Assembly (NCBI GenBank): GCA_963815455.1
Contig: CAWFGO010000001.1
Location: 480,001 to 544,000 of the forward strand
From: an uncultured Verrucomicrobiae bacterium
GTDB taxonomy: Bacteria; Verrucomicrobiota; Verrucomicrobiia; Chthoniobacterales; UBA10450
Reading direction: 5' to 3'
Length of the DNA stretch: 64,000 nt
Numbering within the stretch: position 1 is the stretch's first letter; each line of letters starts with the position of its first letter. The translations under genes were made by a program, and so were the position numbers. Below, in pieces: positions 19,054-29,058 of this stretch. The notes beneath the pieces were generated by a model. The model had not been told where the DNA came from and did no database searches. It was given only the letters and a program-made list of their open reading frames with translations.

Positions 19054-20850
19054 TAGCAGCTCTTCCAGTTCGGCGATCCGCCGGTCGAACAATTGCAACG
19101 TGCTCTCGATCGGCGCGGAGGTTGCCATGTCTACCCCGGCCGTTTTCAACGTTTCCAGCGGGAACTTCGATCCGCCGGAACGCAGGAAATCAAGATATGC
19201 ATCCACGCTCCCCCGCTCGCCGGCCAGAACGCGCTGGGAAAGGGTCACCGCGGCGGAAATTCCGGTGGCATATTTATAAACGTAGAACGCATGATAAAAA
19301 TGCGGGATGCGCAGGCATTCCAGGTCGAGCTGCGGATCGAGGACGAAGTTTTCGGCAAAATAGGCTTCGAGGAGCTTGTGATACTCCGATTTGAAAACGT
19401 CGAGAGTGAGCGCGTCGCCGCTTTCTTCAATCGCGTGGATGATTTTCTCAAACTCGGCGAACATAGTCTGCCGAAAAAGTGTGCCGCGAATGTCGTCGAT
19501 CTGCCGGTTGATGATGTAAGCGCGCATCTTGGGATCCTTGGTCTGATCGAGGAGATGATGCGTGAGCAGCTCTTCGTTAAACGTCGACGCCACTTCGGCC
19601 AGAAAAATCGGGTAATCGTAATCTTGAAATAGCTGCGTCCTTTTCGCGAACCAACTGTGCATGGAATGCCCGGCCTCGTGCGCGAGCGTGTAAACATCGG
19701 AGAAAACATCCTCCTTGTAATTCATGAGGATGTAAGGCGGCGCTTCGTAGCTGCCGGATGAAAATGCGCCGCTTCTTTTTCCTTTCGTCTCGTAGCGATC
19801 GCACCAGCGGTTGCGCAAACCCTCGGCCAGAACATCGACATATTCTTTCCCCAGCGGGGCCAGCGCGCCCAGGACCATTTCGATTGCCTCACCGAAACTG
19901 GTGTAGGTCTCGATCTCGGGGACCAGCGGGACGTAAGTGTCGTAATGATGCAGCTCGGGCAAACCAAGGACGCGCCGGCGCAAGTCGAAATAGCGAAACA
20001 GCGGCTGCAAATTCGCACGAACCGATTTGATCAACCCGTTGTAAACCGACACCGGGACGTCGTCGGGGAAAAGCGCTTCCTCCAGCGCAGACGGGTAATG
20101 CCGGGCGCGTGCCTCGAAAATGTCGCCCTTAACCGAGTAAGCCAAAGCGGCTGCGAGCGTGTACTGATGATCTTGAAACTCGGCGTAGAACTGATGAAAC
20201 GCGCGTTTGCGCAAATCGTGATCGCGTTTGACCAGGAACGAGCTGAACGAACTTTGGGTGAGTGCTTTTTCACGCCCGGTCTCGTCGATAAGAACACCAA
20301 ACTTCATATCGACATCGGTGAGCTGCGAAAAGGTATCGTCGTACCCGCTGAGCGCGACGCTTCCGAGCGCGAGAATGCGTTCCTCCGGCTCGGAGAGGAC
20401 GTGCGGTTTCATCCGGCGGATCTTCTGCAACCTGATCCGCCAATCTTTCAGCGCAGGATCGATAACGAACTTGGCAAACTTCTCATCCTCGATCGCCTGA
20501 ATCTCGGGAACGACGAAAGCCGATGTCTCGCCGATTTTGGTCAGCAAATTCTGCATCTGACCGACACGCGCGAGGTAATCGTTGTTGGCGCTATCTTCCG
20601 CGAGTTGAAGCGAGGCAAAGTGATAGAGCCGCTCAATTTTCAGCTCGAGCGATTTCTCGAACTCGAGGCAGTCCGCCAGATCCTTGGCTGATGCGCCGAG
20701 CTTGCCTTTCCATTCCGTGATCCGCGGATAGGTCTGCTGAACCCAGGCAAAATCTTCCTGCCATTTCCCGACGTTAGCGAAAAGGAGGGCCAGGTCCCAC
20801 TTGTCGGAATCGGGGATATCGGCGCGGCTCGGTGTTTGGCTGGAAGACAT
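19048..20850 (-). CDS. pepF: Oligoendopeptidase F
   Basis: KRSGAFS, TLAHEAGHSMH, AEVAS.FNE, RIPHFY..FYVYKYA. Confidence 0.95.
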   Translation of the reverse strand: MSSSQTPSRADIPDSDKWDLALLFANVGKWQEDFAWVQQTYPRITEWKGKLGASAKDLADCLEFEKSLELKIERLYHFASLQLAEDSANNDYLARVGQMQNLLTKIGETSAFVVPEIQAIEDEKFAKFVIDPALKDWRIRLQKIRRMKPHVLSEPEERILALGSVALSGYDDTFSQLTDVDMKFGVLIDETGREKALTQSSFSSFLVKRDHDLRKRAFHQFYAEFQDHQYTLAAALAYSVKGDIFEARARHYPSALEEALFPDDVPVSVYNGLIKSVRANLQPLFRYFDLRRRVLGLPELHHYDTYVPLVPEIETYTSFGEAIEMVLGALAPLGKEYVDVLAEGLRNRWCDRYETKGKRSGAFSSGSYEAPPYILMNYKEDVFSDVYTLAHEAGHSMHSWFAKRTQLFQDYDYPIFLAEVASTFNEELLTHHLLDQTKDPKMRAYIINRQIDDIRGTLFRQTMFAEFEKIIHAIEESGDALTLDVFKSEYHKLLEAYFAENFVLDPQLDLECLRIPHFYHAFYVYKYATGISAAVTLSQRVLAGERGSVDAYLDFLRSGGSKFPLETLKTAGVDMATSAPIESTLQLFDRRIAELEELLL

Positions 20851-20853
20851 TGG

Positions 20854-20891
20854 CAACTTTCAACGCTCAACGTCCAACGCTCAACGTTCAA
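20854..20891. repeat. 7-bp tandem array (CAACGYT)x5 directly upstream of pepF
   Basis: CAACTTT CAACGCT CAACGTC CAACGCT CAACGTT CAA. Confidence 0.85.
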
Positions 20892-20902
20892 TTTCCATCC
20901 CC

Positions 20903-20968
20903 GTCATCCCGAGCGCAGTCGAGGGATCCCGCGATGTGACCTTGAAGCTGATGCCGCGAGATTCTTCA
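20903..20968. repeat. Partial GTCATCCCGAGCGCAG.CGAGG repeat
   Basis: Shares its 5' arm with 34088..34227; supplies the C-terminus and stop of the UDG gene. Confidence 0.7.
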
Positions 20969-21569
20969 TCGCCGGATGTCGCGCAATGCTACGCAGCGCT
21001 TTCTCGAGCAATTCTTTTCCGGGCGAAATCTTATGCCAGGGCGACGCGCCGGAGGGATGCGGCAACGGAATTAGATCGACATCGACATTCGCGCGCTCGA
21101 TCCGGAATGCGCGGCCAATGATTTTATCCAGCTTACGGCAATCAATAAACTGAGTGATCGCCAGGCGGCCCACCGGAATCACGAGGCGCGGTTTCAAGAT
21201 CGCGAATTCTTCATTCATCCATGAGGAACAATTTAGAATTTCGTCGGGAGCGGGCACCCGATCGCTTCCACCGGAGTTTTTTCCTGGGAAACACCGGCAG
21301 ACCGCGGCGAAGTAGATGGTCGATCGCACGGTTGCTTCGTTCATTCCGCAGAATTCTTCAAACCAACGGAACAGAGTCTTGCCGGCGGTATGGGCAAATG
21401 GCCGTTGCAACACTGGTTCACGTGGCCCGGGCGCCTGACCGATGATCATGACGTCGCTCACGACCGCGCCGCCTGAGACAGGCGTGGATCTCATTCGCGG
21501 GCAGCGGCGGCACTTCACGAGTTGCGCTACGTGCCGACGGAGCTGGATTTGTCGGGGCGACGCCGCCAT
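20904..21569 (-). CDS. Uracil-DNA glycosylase superfamily protein
   Basis: C..C, IGQAPG, RCFPG, LPHPSG motifs; start taken at ATG 21569. Confidence 0.88.
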   Translation of the reverse strand: MAASPRQIQLRRHVAQLVKCRRCPRMRSTPVSGGAVVSDVMIIGQAPGPREPVLQRPFAHTAGKTLFRWFEEFCGMNEATVRSTIYFAAVCRCFPGKNSGGSDRVPAPDEILNCSSWMNEEFAILKPRLVIPVGRLAITQFIDCRKLDKIIGRAFRIERANVDVDLIPLPHPSGASPWHKISPGKELLEKALRSIARHPAMKNLAASASRSHRGIPRLRSG

Positions 21570-21781
21570 CAGCGTCGGAAGATCGACAACAGCAAGCTGA
21601 GCAGGATGCTGATGATAATACAGGTGACGATTGGGAAATAGAACGCGGAGTGTTCGCGCTCGATTCGGATGTCGCCGGGCAAACGCCCCAGCCATCCCGG
21701 CGCGAAACCGCTCCAGAGCATTAGACCGACCAACGTCATGATCACGCCGATAACGACGATAAATTTACCGACCTCGCGCAT
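21569..21781 (-). CDS. DUF2905 small membrane protein
   Basis: LGRLPGDI...FYFPI.T.I..S motif. Confidence 0.85.
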   Translation of the reverse strand: MREVGKFIVVIGVIMTLVGLMLWSGFAPGWLGRLPGDIRIEREHSAFYFPIVTCIIISILLSLLLSIFRR

Positions 21782-21831
21782 TTGATGGAGAAGGTTGCGC
21801 GAATCGAACGGAGGCACAAGGTTGAGACCCG

Positions 21832-22795
21832 ATGGCGGTGCAGTTTAGAGATTATTACGAAACCCTGGGCGTGAAGAAGACGGCCAGTGACGATGAGATT
21901 CGCAGCGCGTTTCGCAAGCTGGCGCGCAAGTATCATCCCGACGTGGCCAAGGACAAAAAAGCCGCGGAGGAGAAATTTAAGGAAATCAACGAGGCCTACG
22001 AAGTACTAAGCGATAAGGAAAAGCGCCAGAAAGTACGATCAGCTCGGGGCGAACTGGAACCAGCCCGGCGGATTTCAACCCCCGCCCGGTTGGGGAGCAC
22101 AGCAGCCCGGGGGCGGCTTTCGTCAATACGAATGGCGCGGCGGAGATAATGGTGGGGTTGAGTTCGAGTTTGGGGGCACAGGTTTCAGCGATTTTTTTGA
22201 AGCGTTCTTCGGCGGTGGCCGCGGGCAATCGGCTTTCGGCGGATTCGGCAGGCAACAGGCCACGGCCGAGCGCGGAGCCGACGTGGAAGCGGACATCATG
22301 GTCACGCTCGAGGAGGCATTCCATGGATCGACCCGAACGATCTCGCTGCGGCGGGCCGGTTCGAACAAGGTTGAAAACTATCAGGTTAAGATTCCGCGCG
22401 GCGTTCATGAAGGCCAGCGCATCCGTCTGGCTGGTCAAGGCGAAGCTGGCTCCCGCGGCGGAAAGAGTGGCGATCTATTTCTGCGTGTTCGTCTGGCCCG
22501 ACATCCTGATTTCACGGTCGAAGGCAGCGATCTCATTCACGAAGAGAAGATCGCGCCGTGGCAAGCAGTGCTCGGGACTGAAATTGAAGTCCCAACTCTC
22601 GAAGGAACCGTGCGCCTGAAAATTCCGCCCGGCACACAGGGCGGGCAACGCTTCCGTTTGCGCGAGCGCGGTTTGGCCGGAGTCTCAGGAACGCGGGGCA
22701 ATCTCTATGTCGATGTTCAAATCGACGTGCCAAAGAAACTCACGGAGCGCGAGCGCAAGGCCTGGGACGAATTGGCAAAATTGCATGATGGTTAA
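21832..22795 (+). CDS. cbpA: DnaJ-class chaperone (CbpA-like), apparent frameshift near 22032
   Basis: J domain with HPD, G/F region, FSDFF, C-terminal DnaJ domain, no zinc finger. Confidence 0.88.
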
Positions 22796-22849
22796 GATCG
22801 ACATCTTTCTCGACAAACGGCCGCGTGTGTAATCTAACAAGATGATTAC

Positions 22850-23281
22850 ATGAAGATTTCGCTCGGTACAGATCACGCTGGTTTTCGTTACAAGGAAAAG
22901 GTAAAGGAATTGCTCAACTCGCTCGGGCACGAAGTGAAGGACTTCGGAACTTTTAACGAGGAGCCGGTTGATTATCCGGTCTTCATCCGGCCGGCGGCGG
23001 AAGCGGTTGCGCGGGGCGAATGCGAGAGAGGGATCGTTTTCGGCGGATCAGGGAACGGCGAAGCGATGACTGCTAACAAGGTGCACGGTGTGCGTTGCGC
23101 GCTTTGCTGGAACGAAGAGAGCGCCCGGCTTTCACGTCAGCACAATGACGCCAACGTGCTTTCCCTCGGTCAACGAATGGTCCCGGAGGATTTGGCACTC
23201 CAGATCGTGCGGGTCTGGTTGGAAACGCCTTTCGAAGGCGGACGCCACGTAAAACGGGTCGAACAGCTCAACGCCATGTAG
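22850..23281 (+). CDS. rpiB: Ribose-5-phosphate isomerase B
   Basis: DHAG, DYP, GSGNG, HNDAN, FEGGRH. Confidence 0.95.
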   Translation: MKISLGTDHAGFRYKEKVKELLNSLGHEVKDFGTFNEEPVDYPVFIRPAAEAVARGECERGIVFGGSGNGEAMTANKVHGVRCALCWNEESARLSRQHNDANVLSLGQRMVPEDLALQIVRVWLETPFEGGRHVKRVEQLNAM

Positions 23282-23296
23282 GGAGCGGTTCAGCGC

Positions 23297-24187
23297 CTAC
23301 CTGAACAATCGATCCAGACACACCGCCAGCAGGAAAACCGCGCTAACGAAGGCGTTGCTCTGAAAAAAAGCGCGATTGATCCCGGCCAGATCAAGCTTTG
23401 TGGTCTTATGCTCGTAAAATAGCGCCGCCGCGACCAACGGCATCGCGCAATAATAAACGAGGCCGAGGTTCGCGGCGAAGCCGAACGCAATCAGCGTTCC
23501 AAACAGGACCAGATGCAGCAATTGTGCGAGCCGAAGGCTGCGAGCAATTCCAAGCTTCACTACCAACGATCGAATATTCTCGCGGCGATCGAAATCGTAG
23601 TCTTGCGTCGCGTAGATCAGGTCGAATCCGGCAACCCAACAAATCACCCCGGCTGCCAGCACAATTGGCGCAAGATCGACATGTCCGGTTTGCGCGATCC
23701 AGGCGCCGACGGGAGCAATCCCCAGCGCGAGGCCGAGGAAAAAATGGGTCGCGCTGGTGAAACGCTTGGTCAGCGAGTAGGAAAAAATGATGACCAACGC
23801 GAGCGGCGAGAGCAAAAAAGTCAACCGGTTGATGGCGGCCGCGGCAGTGAGGAACCCGGCTGAACTGATCGCGAGCCAAGCGATCGCGGCCGATCTTGAA
23901 AGCAGCAAATGGCGAGATGCCGTACGCGGGTTGCGCTGATCGAGCGACCAATCAACGATCCGGTTGAAGAGCATCGCGGCCGTCCGAGCGAATATCATGC
24001 AGACGAGCACGAGCAGGAATATTCGTAGCGAAGGCCAGCCGTCTGACGCCACAATCAGTGCGCCCACGGCGAACGGGAGCGCGAAAATTGTATGTGAAAA
24101 ACGGATCAGCCGGAGGAAACGAACCGGCGCGCTGCCGGACGCAGTTTCACTGTGCGATTGTCGATGTTGCAATTCGGTGGTCTTCAT
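23297..24187 (-). CDS. UbiA-family prenyltransferase (MqnP-like)
   Basis: HTIFALPFA, NR..D..LD..NPRT, WVAGFDLIYA.QD. Confidence 0.9.
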   Translation of the reverse strand: MKTTELQHRQSHSETASGSAPVRFLRLIRFSHTIFALPFAVGALIVASDGWPSLRIFLLVLVCMIFARTAAMLFNRIVDWSLDQRNPRTASRHLLLSRSAAIAWLAISSAGFLTAAAAINRLTFLLSPLALVIIFSYSLTKRFTSATHFFLGLALGIAPVGAWIAQTGHVDLAPIVLAAGVICWVAGFDLIYATQDYDFDRRENIRSLVVKLGIARSLRLAQLLHLVLFGTLIAFGFAANLGLVYYCAMPLVAAALFYEHKTTKLDLAGINRAFFQSNAFVSAVFLLAVCLDRLFR

Positions 24188-24798
24188 TACAGATCGACGT
24201 CCAGCAAGCGCTGCAGGCGCTCGCCGGCCCGGGATAGGATCGGCGGTCCGTGGGCGAAAAGCATTCGCTCCGCCTTGTAACCGAGAAGTTTTCGCAATGA
24301 GCGCCGCATTTCTTTCTGGCTAACGCAGTACTTGGCCGGCAGCAAAGTGAAGCCGTAAGGCTCGAAGTTGATCAGCGCGTCGCCGACGATCAATGCTCCA
24401 CCGCTTGGCGCATGGAAGAGAGCAATCTCGCCCGCTACGGCACCGTCGATCTCGATGACCTGCAGCTCGTCGCTTATCTTGTCGCCATCGGCCACGGCCT
24501 CGAAATTGACCGGCCCCTCACCCGGAAGCGACCCGGCCCGGGCCAAAATCGGAACCGAAAACTTCTCGGCAAATTGGGCGACGGCGCGGCAATGATTGGA
24601 GTTGGTGACAATGATGCCGGTCACGGTTCCCGGAAGCTCGGCAAGGGCGGCATCGGCCAGCGGAATTGGATCCACCAAGTAGATCCCGCTGGCTGTGGCA
24701 ATCGCACTGGAGAAAAGGTCGGCCTTGACGGCCGGATCGTAGGCTTGCCAGAGGAAAAGAGAAGGGGGCAGCTGAACCAGTTCGGCGGCGGCGACCAT
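24187..24798 (-). CDS. Metallo-beta-lactamase-fold protein
   Basis: LVDP, T..NH.R, GDAL, AHG. Confidence 0.65.
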   Translation of the reverse strand: MVAAAELVQLPPSLFLWQAYDPAVKADLFSSAIATASGIYLVDPIPLADAALAELPGTVTGIIVTNSNHCRAVAQFAEKFSVPILARAGSLPGEGPVNFEAVADGDKISDELQVIEIDGAVAGEIALFHAPSGGALIVGDALINFEPYGFTLLPAKYCVSQKEMRRSLRKLLGYKAERMLFAHGPPILSRAGERLQRLLDVDL

Positions 24799-24910
24799 GG
24801 CGTTGGGAGTGTCGTTGATCGGGTTAGGCGAAACAAGCGATGACGCCTCGTGACGCGAGGGGAAACAGCCGTGGCATTATAGCTGCTATACAGCTTATAA
24901 TTACTAGAAT

Positions 24911-26134
24911 ATGACTACCTTCTCCTACCAAGCACGAGACGCCTCCGGGCGGATCATCTCCGGCGTCCACGACGCCCTGAACGAAGATAACGCAATTACC
25001 AGTCTCATGAGTCGCGGACTCATGGTGCTCTCACTGCAACAAAAGGCCGTCGCCACCAAGGCGCACAAACGCATTTGGTCGGTAAAAGAAACCGATCTCG
25101 TTCTGTTTACTCGCCAGCTTTCGACCATGGTCGAGGCCGGCATTTCGCTCGTCCAGGCGTTGACCGCTCTTTACGAGCAATGCGATCCGAAACGGCAGCG
25201 CAGCCTTAGGGCAGTCATCACCGACGTGACGACCCGGGTGCAAGGCGGCGAAACTTTTTACGAATCGATCTCGAAACATCCCCGCGTTTTCAACCGGTTG
25301 TTCGTTAGCATGGTGAAAGCGGGCGAAGCCGGCGGTTTGCTTGCCGAAATTCTCGACCGCCTGGCCGGCTTCCTCGAAGCCAACGCGCGGCTCCGCAAGA
25401 AAGTGAAATCAGCGATGACCTATCCGGTGATCGTGATCTGCATCGCCTTTGCCATTACCACGTTCCTGATTGTGCGCGTAGTCCCGATTTTTGGCGAAAT
25501 CTTCAAGGATTTCGGCGCGAAATTGCCCGCTCCCACTCAGTTCCTGATCGATGTGAGCGATTTCGTTCGCGGCGAATGGTACTTCCTCGTCCTGGGAATC
25601 GGTGCGGCGATCTTTGGCAGCCGCGCGTTCCTGCGCTCGAAGCGCGGCAAGCAGTGGAGCGATCGTTACAAACTCAAGCTCCCCATCTTCGGACCTCTCA
25701 TCCACAAGATTTGCATGTCCAGATTTGCCCGCACGTTCGCTCAGCTCATTCGCAGCGGCGTGCCAATCCTCGAAGTGCTCGACATCGTCGGCGGCACGTC
25801 GGGCAACCATGTGATCGAGACCGACATCAAGTCGGTGAGCATAGACGTTGAAAAGGGAGACAACCTTTCCACCGCTCTTTCCAAGAAGAAGATTTTCCCG
25901 CCAATGTTGCTACGAATGGTCGCTGCCGGTGAGGCCACCGGCAAGATCGACAGCATGCTCGAAAAGATGGCCGATTTCTGGGATGAAGAAATCGAGGCCA
26001 TGCTCGATGCCCTGACCTCGTTGATCGAGCCGTTGCTCATCGTCTTTCTCGGGGTCATCGTCGGCGGAATCGTCATCGCCATGTTCCTGCCGATCTTCAA
26101 ATTGAACGAAGTAGTTTCGCAGAGCAAAAGCTAG
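24911..26134 (+). CDS. pilC: Type IV pilus/T2SS inner-membrane platform protein (PilC/GspF)
   Basis: FTRQL.TM..AG, AGE.GG.L, AMTYP, LIEP, AMFLPIF. Confidence 0.92.
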   Translation: MTTFSYQARDASGRIISGVHDALNEDNAITSLMSRGLMVLSLQQKAVATKAHKRIWSVKETDLVLFTRQLSTMVEAGISLVQALTALYEQCDPKRQRSLRAVITDVTTRVQGGETFYESISKHPRVFNRLFVSMVKAGEAGGLLAEILDRLAGFLEANARLRKKVKSAMTYPVIVICIAFAITTFLIVRVVPIFGEIFKDFGAKLPAPTQFLIDVSDFVRGEWYFLVLGIGAAIFGSRAFLRSKRGKQWSDRYKLKLPIFGPLIHKICMSRFARTFAQLIRSGVPILEVLDIVGGTSGNHVIETDIKSVSIDVEKGDNLSTALSKKKIFPPMLLRMVAAGEATGKIDSMLEKMADFWDEEIEAMLDALTSLIEPLLIVFLGVIVGGIVIAMFLPIFKLNEVVSQSKS

Positions 26135-26155
26135 GAGAAGCTGCTCGTGGACAGG

Positions 26156-26187
26156 AAGGGGGCGGATCGAAAGGTCCGCCCCTTTTT
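26156..26187 (+). terminator. Rho-independent terminator between convergent pilC and rarA
   Basis: AAGGGGGCGGATC-GAAA-GGTCCGCCCC-TTTTT. Confidence 0.8.
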
Positions 26188-26217
26188 GTCATTTCGGCCG
26201 GACCCTATGTTCGGACC

Positions 26218-27468
26218 CTATGTTTCTGGATTCATTGGAAAATGTTTGTTCTTGAGACGCTCCGGAACGCGCTTCGTTTGTTCCCTCTCGATCTTCTCGG
26301 TGGCTTCATTGAGCGCATCGTAGGCTTCGCGGCTTTTCTTTGCCCGGCACATGTAGGCGGTAGCGTGCGCGAGAGGAATTCGCGCTTCGGGCAGACCGAC
26401 GAATTCGACGGCTTGTTGAGTCGCGATGGCCAGAGGCAATGCTTCCGGATCGGCCAGGCCGACGTCCTCGCTGGCGAAGATCACAATCCGCCTCGCGATG
26501 AAGCGAAAATCTTCTCCCGCGTGCAGCATTTTCGCCAGCCAGTATATCGCGTTTTTTTCATCCGACGCGCGCATGCTCTTAATGAATGCGCTGATCGTGT
26601 CGTAGTGCGCGTCGCCGGCGCGATCGTAAACGACCGCTTTTTGCTGAATGCTTTCTTCGGCAACCGCGATGGTGAAATGAATCGCGCCTTTGCTGTAGCC
26701 GGGGGCGTTGACCCCGGCTTGCCGAGCCTCTCTTTCACGCCGAGCCCGGCCGGGGTCAGCGCCCCCGGCTACAGTTGGCGGCGTCGTGAGCACGCCGATT
26801 TCTAAGGCGTTCAAGCATTTGCGGGCGTCGCCGTCGCTTAGCTTGGCCAGATGACGACGCGCGTCCTTGTCGATGTTCACATTGTAGTTTCCGAGGCCAC
26901 GTTCCTTATCGCCCAAAGCGCGATCGATTAATGCCTCGAGCTGCTCGACCCGGAGCGGCTCGAGTTGGAAAACTTGCGAGCGGGAGACGAGCGCGCTGTT
27001 CACGTAGAAAAACGGATTGTAGGTCGTCGCGCCGATCAGCCGCAGATTTCCCGCTTCGACATCGGGCAAGAGAATGTCCTGCTGCGCCTTGTTGAAGTGA
27101 TGAATCTCATCAATGAACAAGATCGTTTTCTGCCCGGACGTCTTCAGACGGTTAGCAGCCGATGCAATCACGCGCCGCATCTCGGCGACGTTGCTTTCCA
27201 CTCCACTCAAGCGAATGAATTTTGAGTTCGTCATTTCCGCGATGACGTAGGCCAGCGTCGTCTTGCCCGTGCCGGGCGGACCGGAAAAAATCACGGATGG
27301 GAGGCGATCGGCTTCAATGGCGCGGCGAAGGAGCTTTCCAGGCGCGAGAATGTGTTCCTGGCCCACAAATTCATCCAGGGACCGCGGCCGCATCCGTGCG
27401 GCCAAAGGTGCAGCGGCATCGACCTTCTTTGCGGTCTCGCTTTCCTCGGTTGTGAACAGGTCGTTCAC
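26218..27468 (-). CDS. rarA: Replication-associated recombination protein A (MgsA), with in-frame REP insert
   Basis: PLAARMRP, GPPGTGKTT, FIDEIH, SAFIKSMR, ASEDVGLADP. Confidence 0.95.
   Translation of the reverse strand: MNDLFTTEESETAKKVDAAAPLAARMRPRSLDEFVGQEHILAPGKLLRRAIEADRLPSVIFSGPPGTGKTTLAYVIAEMTNSKFIRLSGVESNVAEMRRVIASAANRLKTSGQKTILFIDEIHHFNKAQQDILLPDVEAGNLRLIGATTYNPFFYVNSALVSRSQVFQLEPLRVEQLEALIDRALGDKERGLGNYNVNIDKDARRHLAKLSDGDARKCLNALEIGVLTTPPTVAGGADPGRARREREARQAGVNAPGYSKGAIHFTIAVAEESIQQKAVVYDRAGDAHYDTISAFIKSMRASDEKNAIYWLAKMLHAGEDFRFIARRIVIFASEDVGLADPEALPLAIATQQAVEFVGLPEARIPLAHATAYMCRAKKSREAYDALNEATEKIEREQTKRVPERLKNKHFPMNPET
26693..26774. repeat. GTAG-type REP doublet inside rarA
   Basis: CTGTAGCCGGGGGCGTTGACCCCGG...CCGGGGTCAGCGCCCCCGGCTACAG. 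Confidence 0.9.
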
Positions 27469-27480
27469 GGGAATCTGCCA

Positions 27481-28877
27481 TCAAAATTCTGCGCTACCCG
27501 GGGTTCGCGCGAAGGGAATCACGTCGCGAATATTCGACACGCCAGTGACGAACATAAGCATCCGCTCAAAACCCAGGCCGAACCCCGCATGCGGCACCGT
27601 GCCGTAACGGCGAAGATCGAGATACCACTTGTAATCTGCCGGATCCATTTTGTGCCGGCGCATGTTTTCCTCGAGCACATCCAGCCGCTCCTCGCGCTGG
27701 CTGCCACCGACGATTTCGCCGATTCCTGGCACTAACAAATCCATCGCGGTAACCGTTTTGTTGTCGTCGTTCAATCGCATGTAGAACGGCTTGATCTCCT
27801 TGGGATAATTAAAAACCGTGATCGGACACTTGAAATGCTTTTCGGTTAGCCAGCGCTCGTGCTCCGATTGCAAGTTCAGGCCGTATTCAATCGGGAATTC
27901 AAATTTTTCTCCGCTTTTCTTCAAGAAGATCGACAGCGTCGGTGTAAGGGATCCGTTGAAATGGCCGGTCAACGACGAAGTCGAGCCGCGCCATCAAATC
28001 TTTGTCCACGAACTTGGCGAACAACTCCATTTCCTCGCCGCAATTTTCGCGAATATCGCGGATCAGATATTTCACAATCTCTTCCGCCAGATCCATGTCG
28101 CCATTCAAATCGCAAAAAGCCATCTCCGGCTCGATCATCCAGAATTCGCTCGCGTGCCGCGTTGTGTTTGAATTCTCGGCCCGAAAAGTCGGGCCAAACG
28201 TGTAGACCTTCGACAAGCGCGCAGGCGAACGCCTCCGCTTCGAGCTGGCCGCTCACAGTGAGATAAGTCTGACGCGCGAAAAAATCCTTCGCGTAATCGA
28301 TCTCGCCATCCTTTGTCCGGGGCGGATTTTTCGTATCGACTGTCGTCACGCGAAACAATTCACCCGCGCCTTCGCAATCGCTTCCAGTAATGATCGGTGT
28401 GTGGACGTAAACGAATCCACGTTCCTGAAAAAATTTGTGAATAGCGAAGGCGAGCCGGCTCCGGACACGAAAAACGCAGCCGAACAGATTCGAGCGCGGG
28501 CGCAGATGCGCGATTTCGCGCAAAAACTCCGGCGTGTGCCCCTTTTTTTGGAGCGGATAGGAATCATCCGAAGCGCCGACGATGTCGATCCTGTCCGCGA
28601 CCAACTCCCATTTCTGTCCTTTACCCTGCGATGCCACCAGCGCGCCGCCGACCTGAATCGAAGCGCCGGTAATCAGCCGTTGAACATCGGCGTAGTTCGG
28701 TAGCGAGTTTCGGGCGATAATCTGAAGATTCTTCAGCGACGAACCGTCGTTCAGCTCGATGAAGGAAAAATCCTTCGAATCGCGCCGAGTCCGGACCCAG
28801 CCCCGGACCTGGATGGAATCCATCGGCACGGCGCTGTGGAGCGCGTCTCTTACGGAAGTTGAACAAAGTTGCGCCAT
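27481..28877 (-). CDS. asnS: Asparagine--tRNA ligase (apparent frameshifts near 28215 and 27925)
   Basis: [58 protein letters not shown]. Confidence 0.95.
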
Positions 28878-28897
28878 CTTTTCGTGCGACAAGGCTC

Positions 28898-28927
28898 CAT
28901 GTTCAACGCTCAACGTTCAACGTCGAA
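28898..28927. repeat. 7-bp tandem array upstream of asnS
   Basis: CATGTT CAACGCT CAACGTT CAACGTC GAA. Confidence 0.75.
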
Positions 28928-29058
28928 TTTCAGAGCCACTGTAAACCGTCTCTGTGAGACGGCGACCGAAAATCGATGTTCGCCGCTGAAAACCTGACCA
29001 TGAACACCAAGTCACCATTGTTTCACTTCGCCACTTTGTGGTAATTCTCGGTGCGCGA

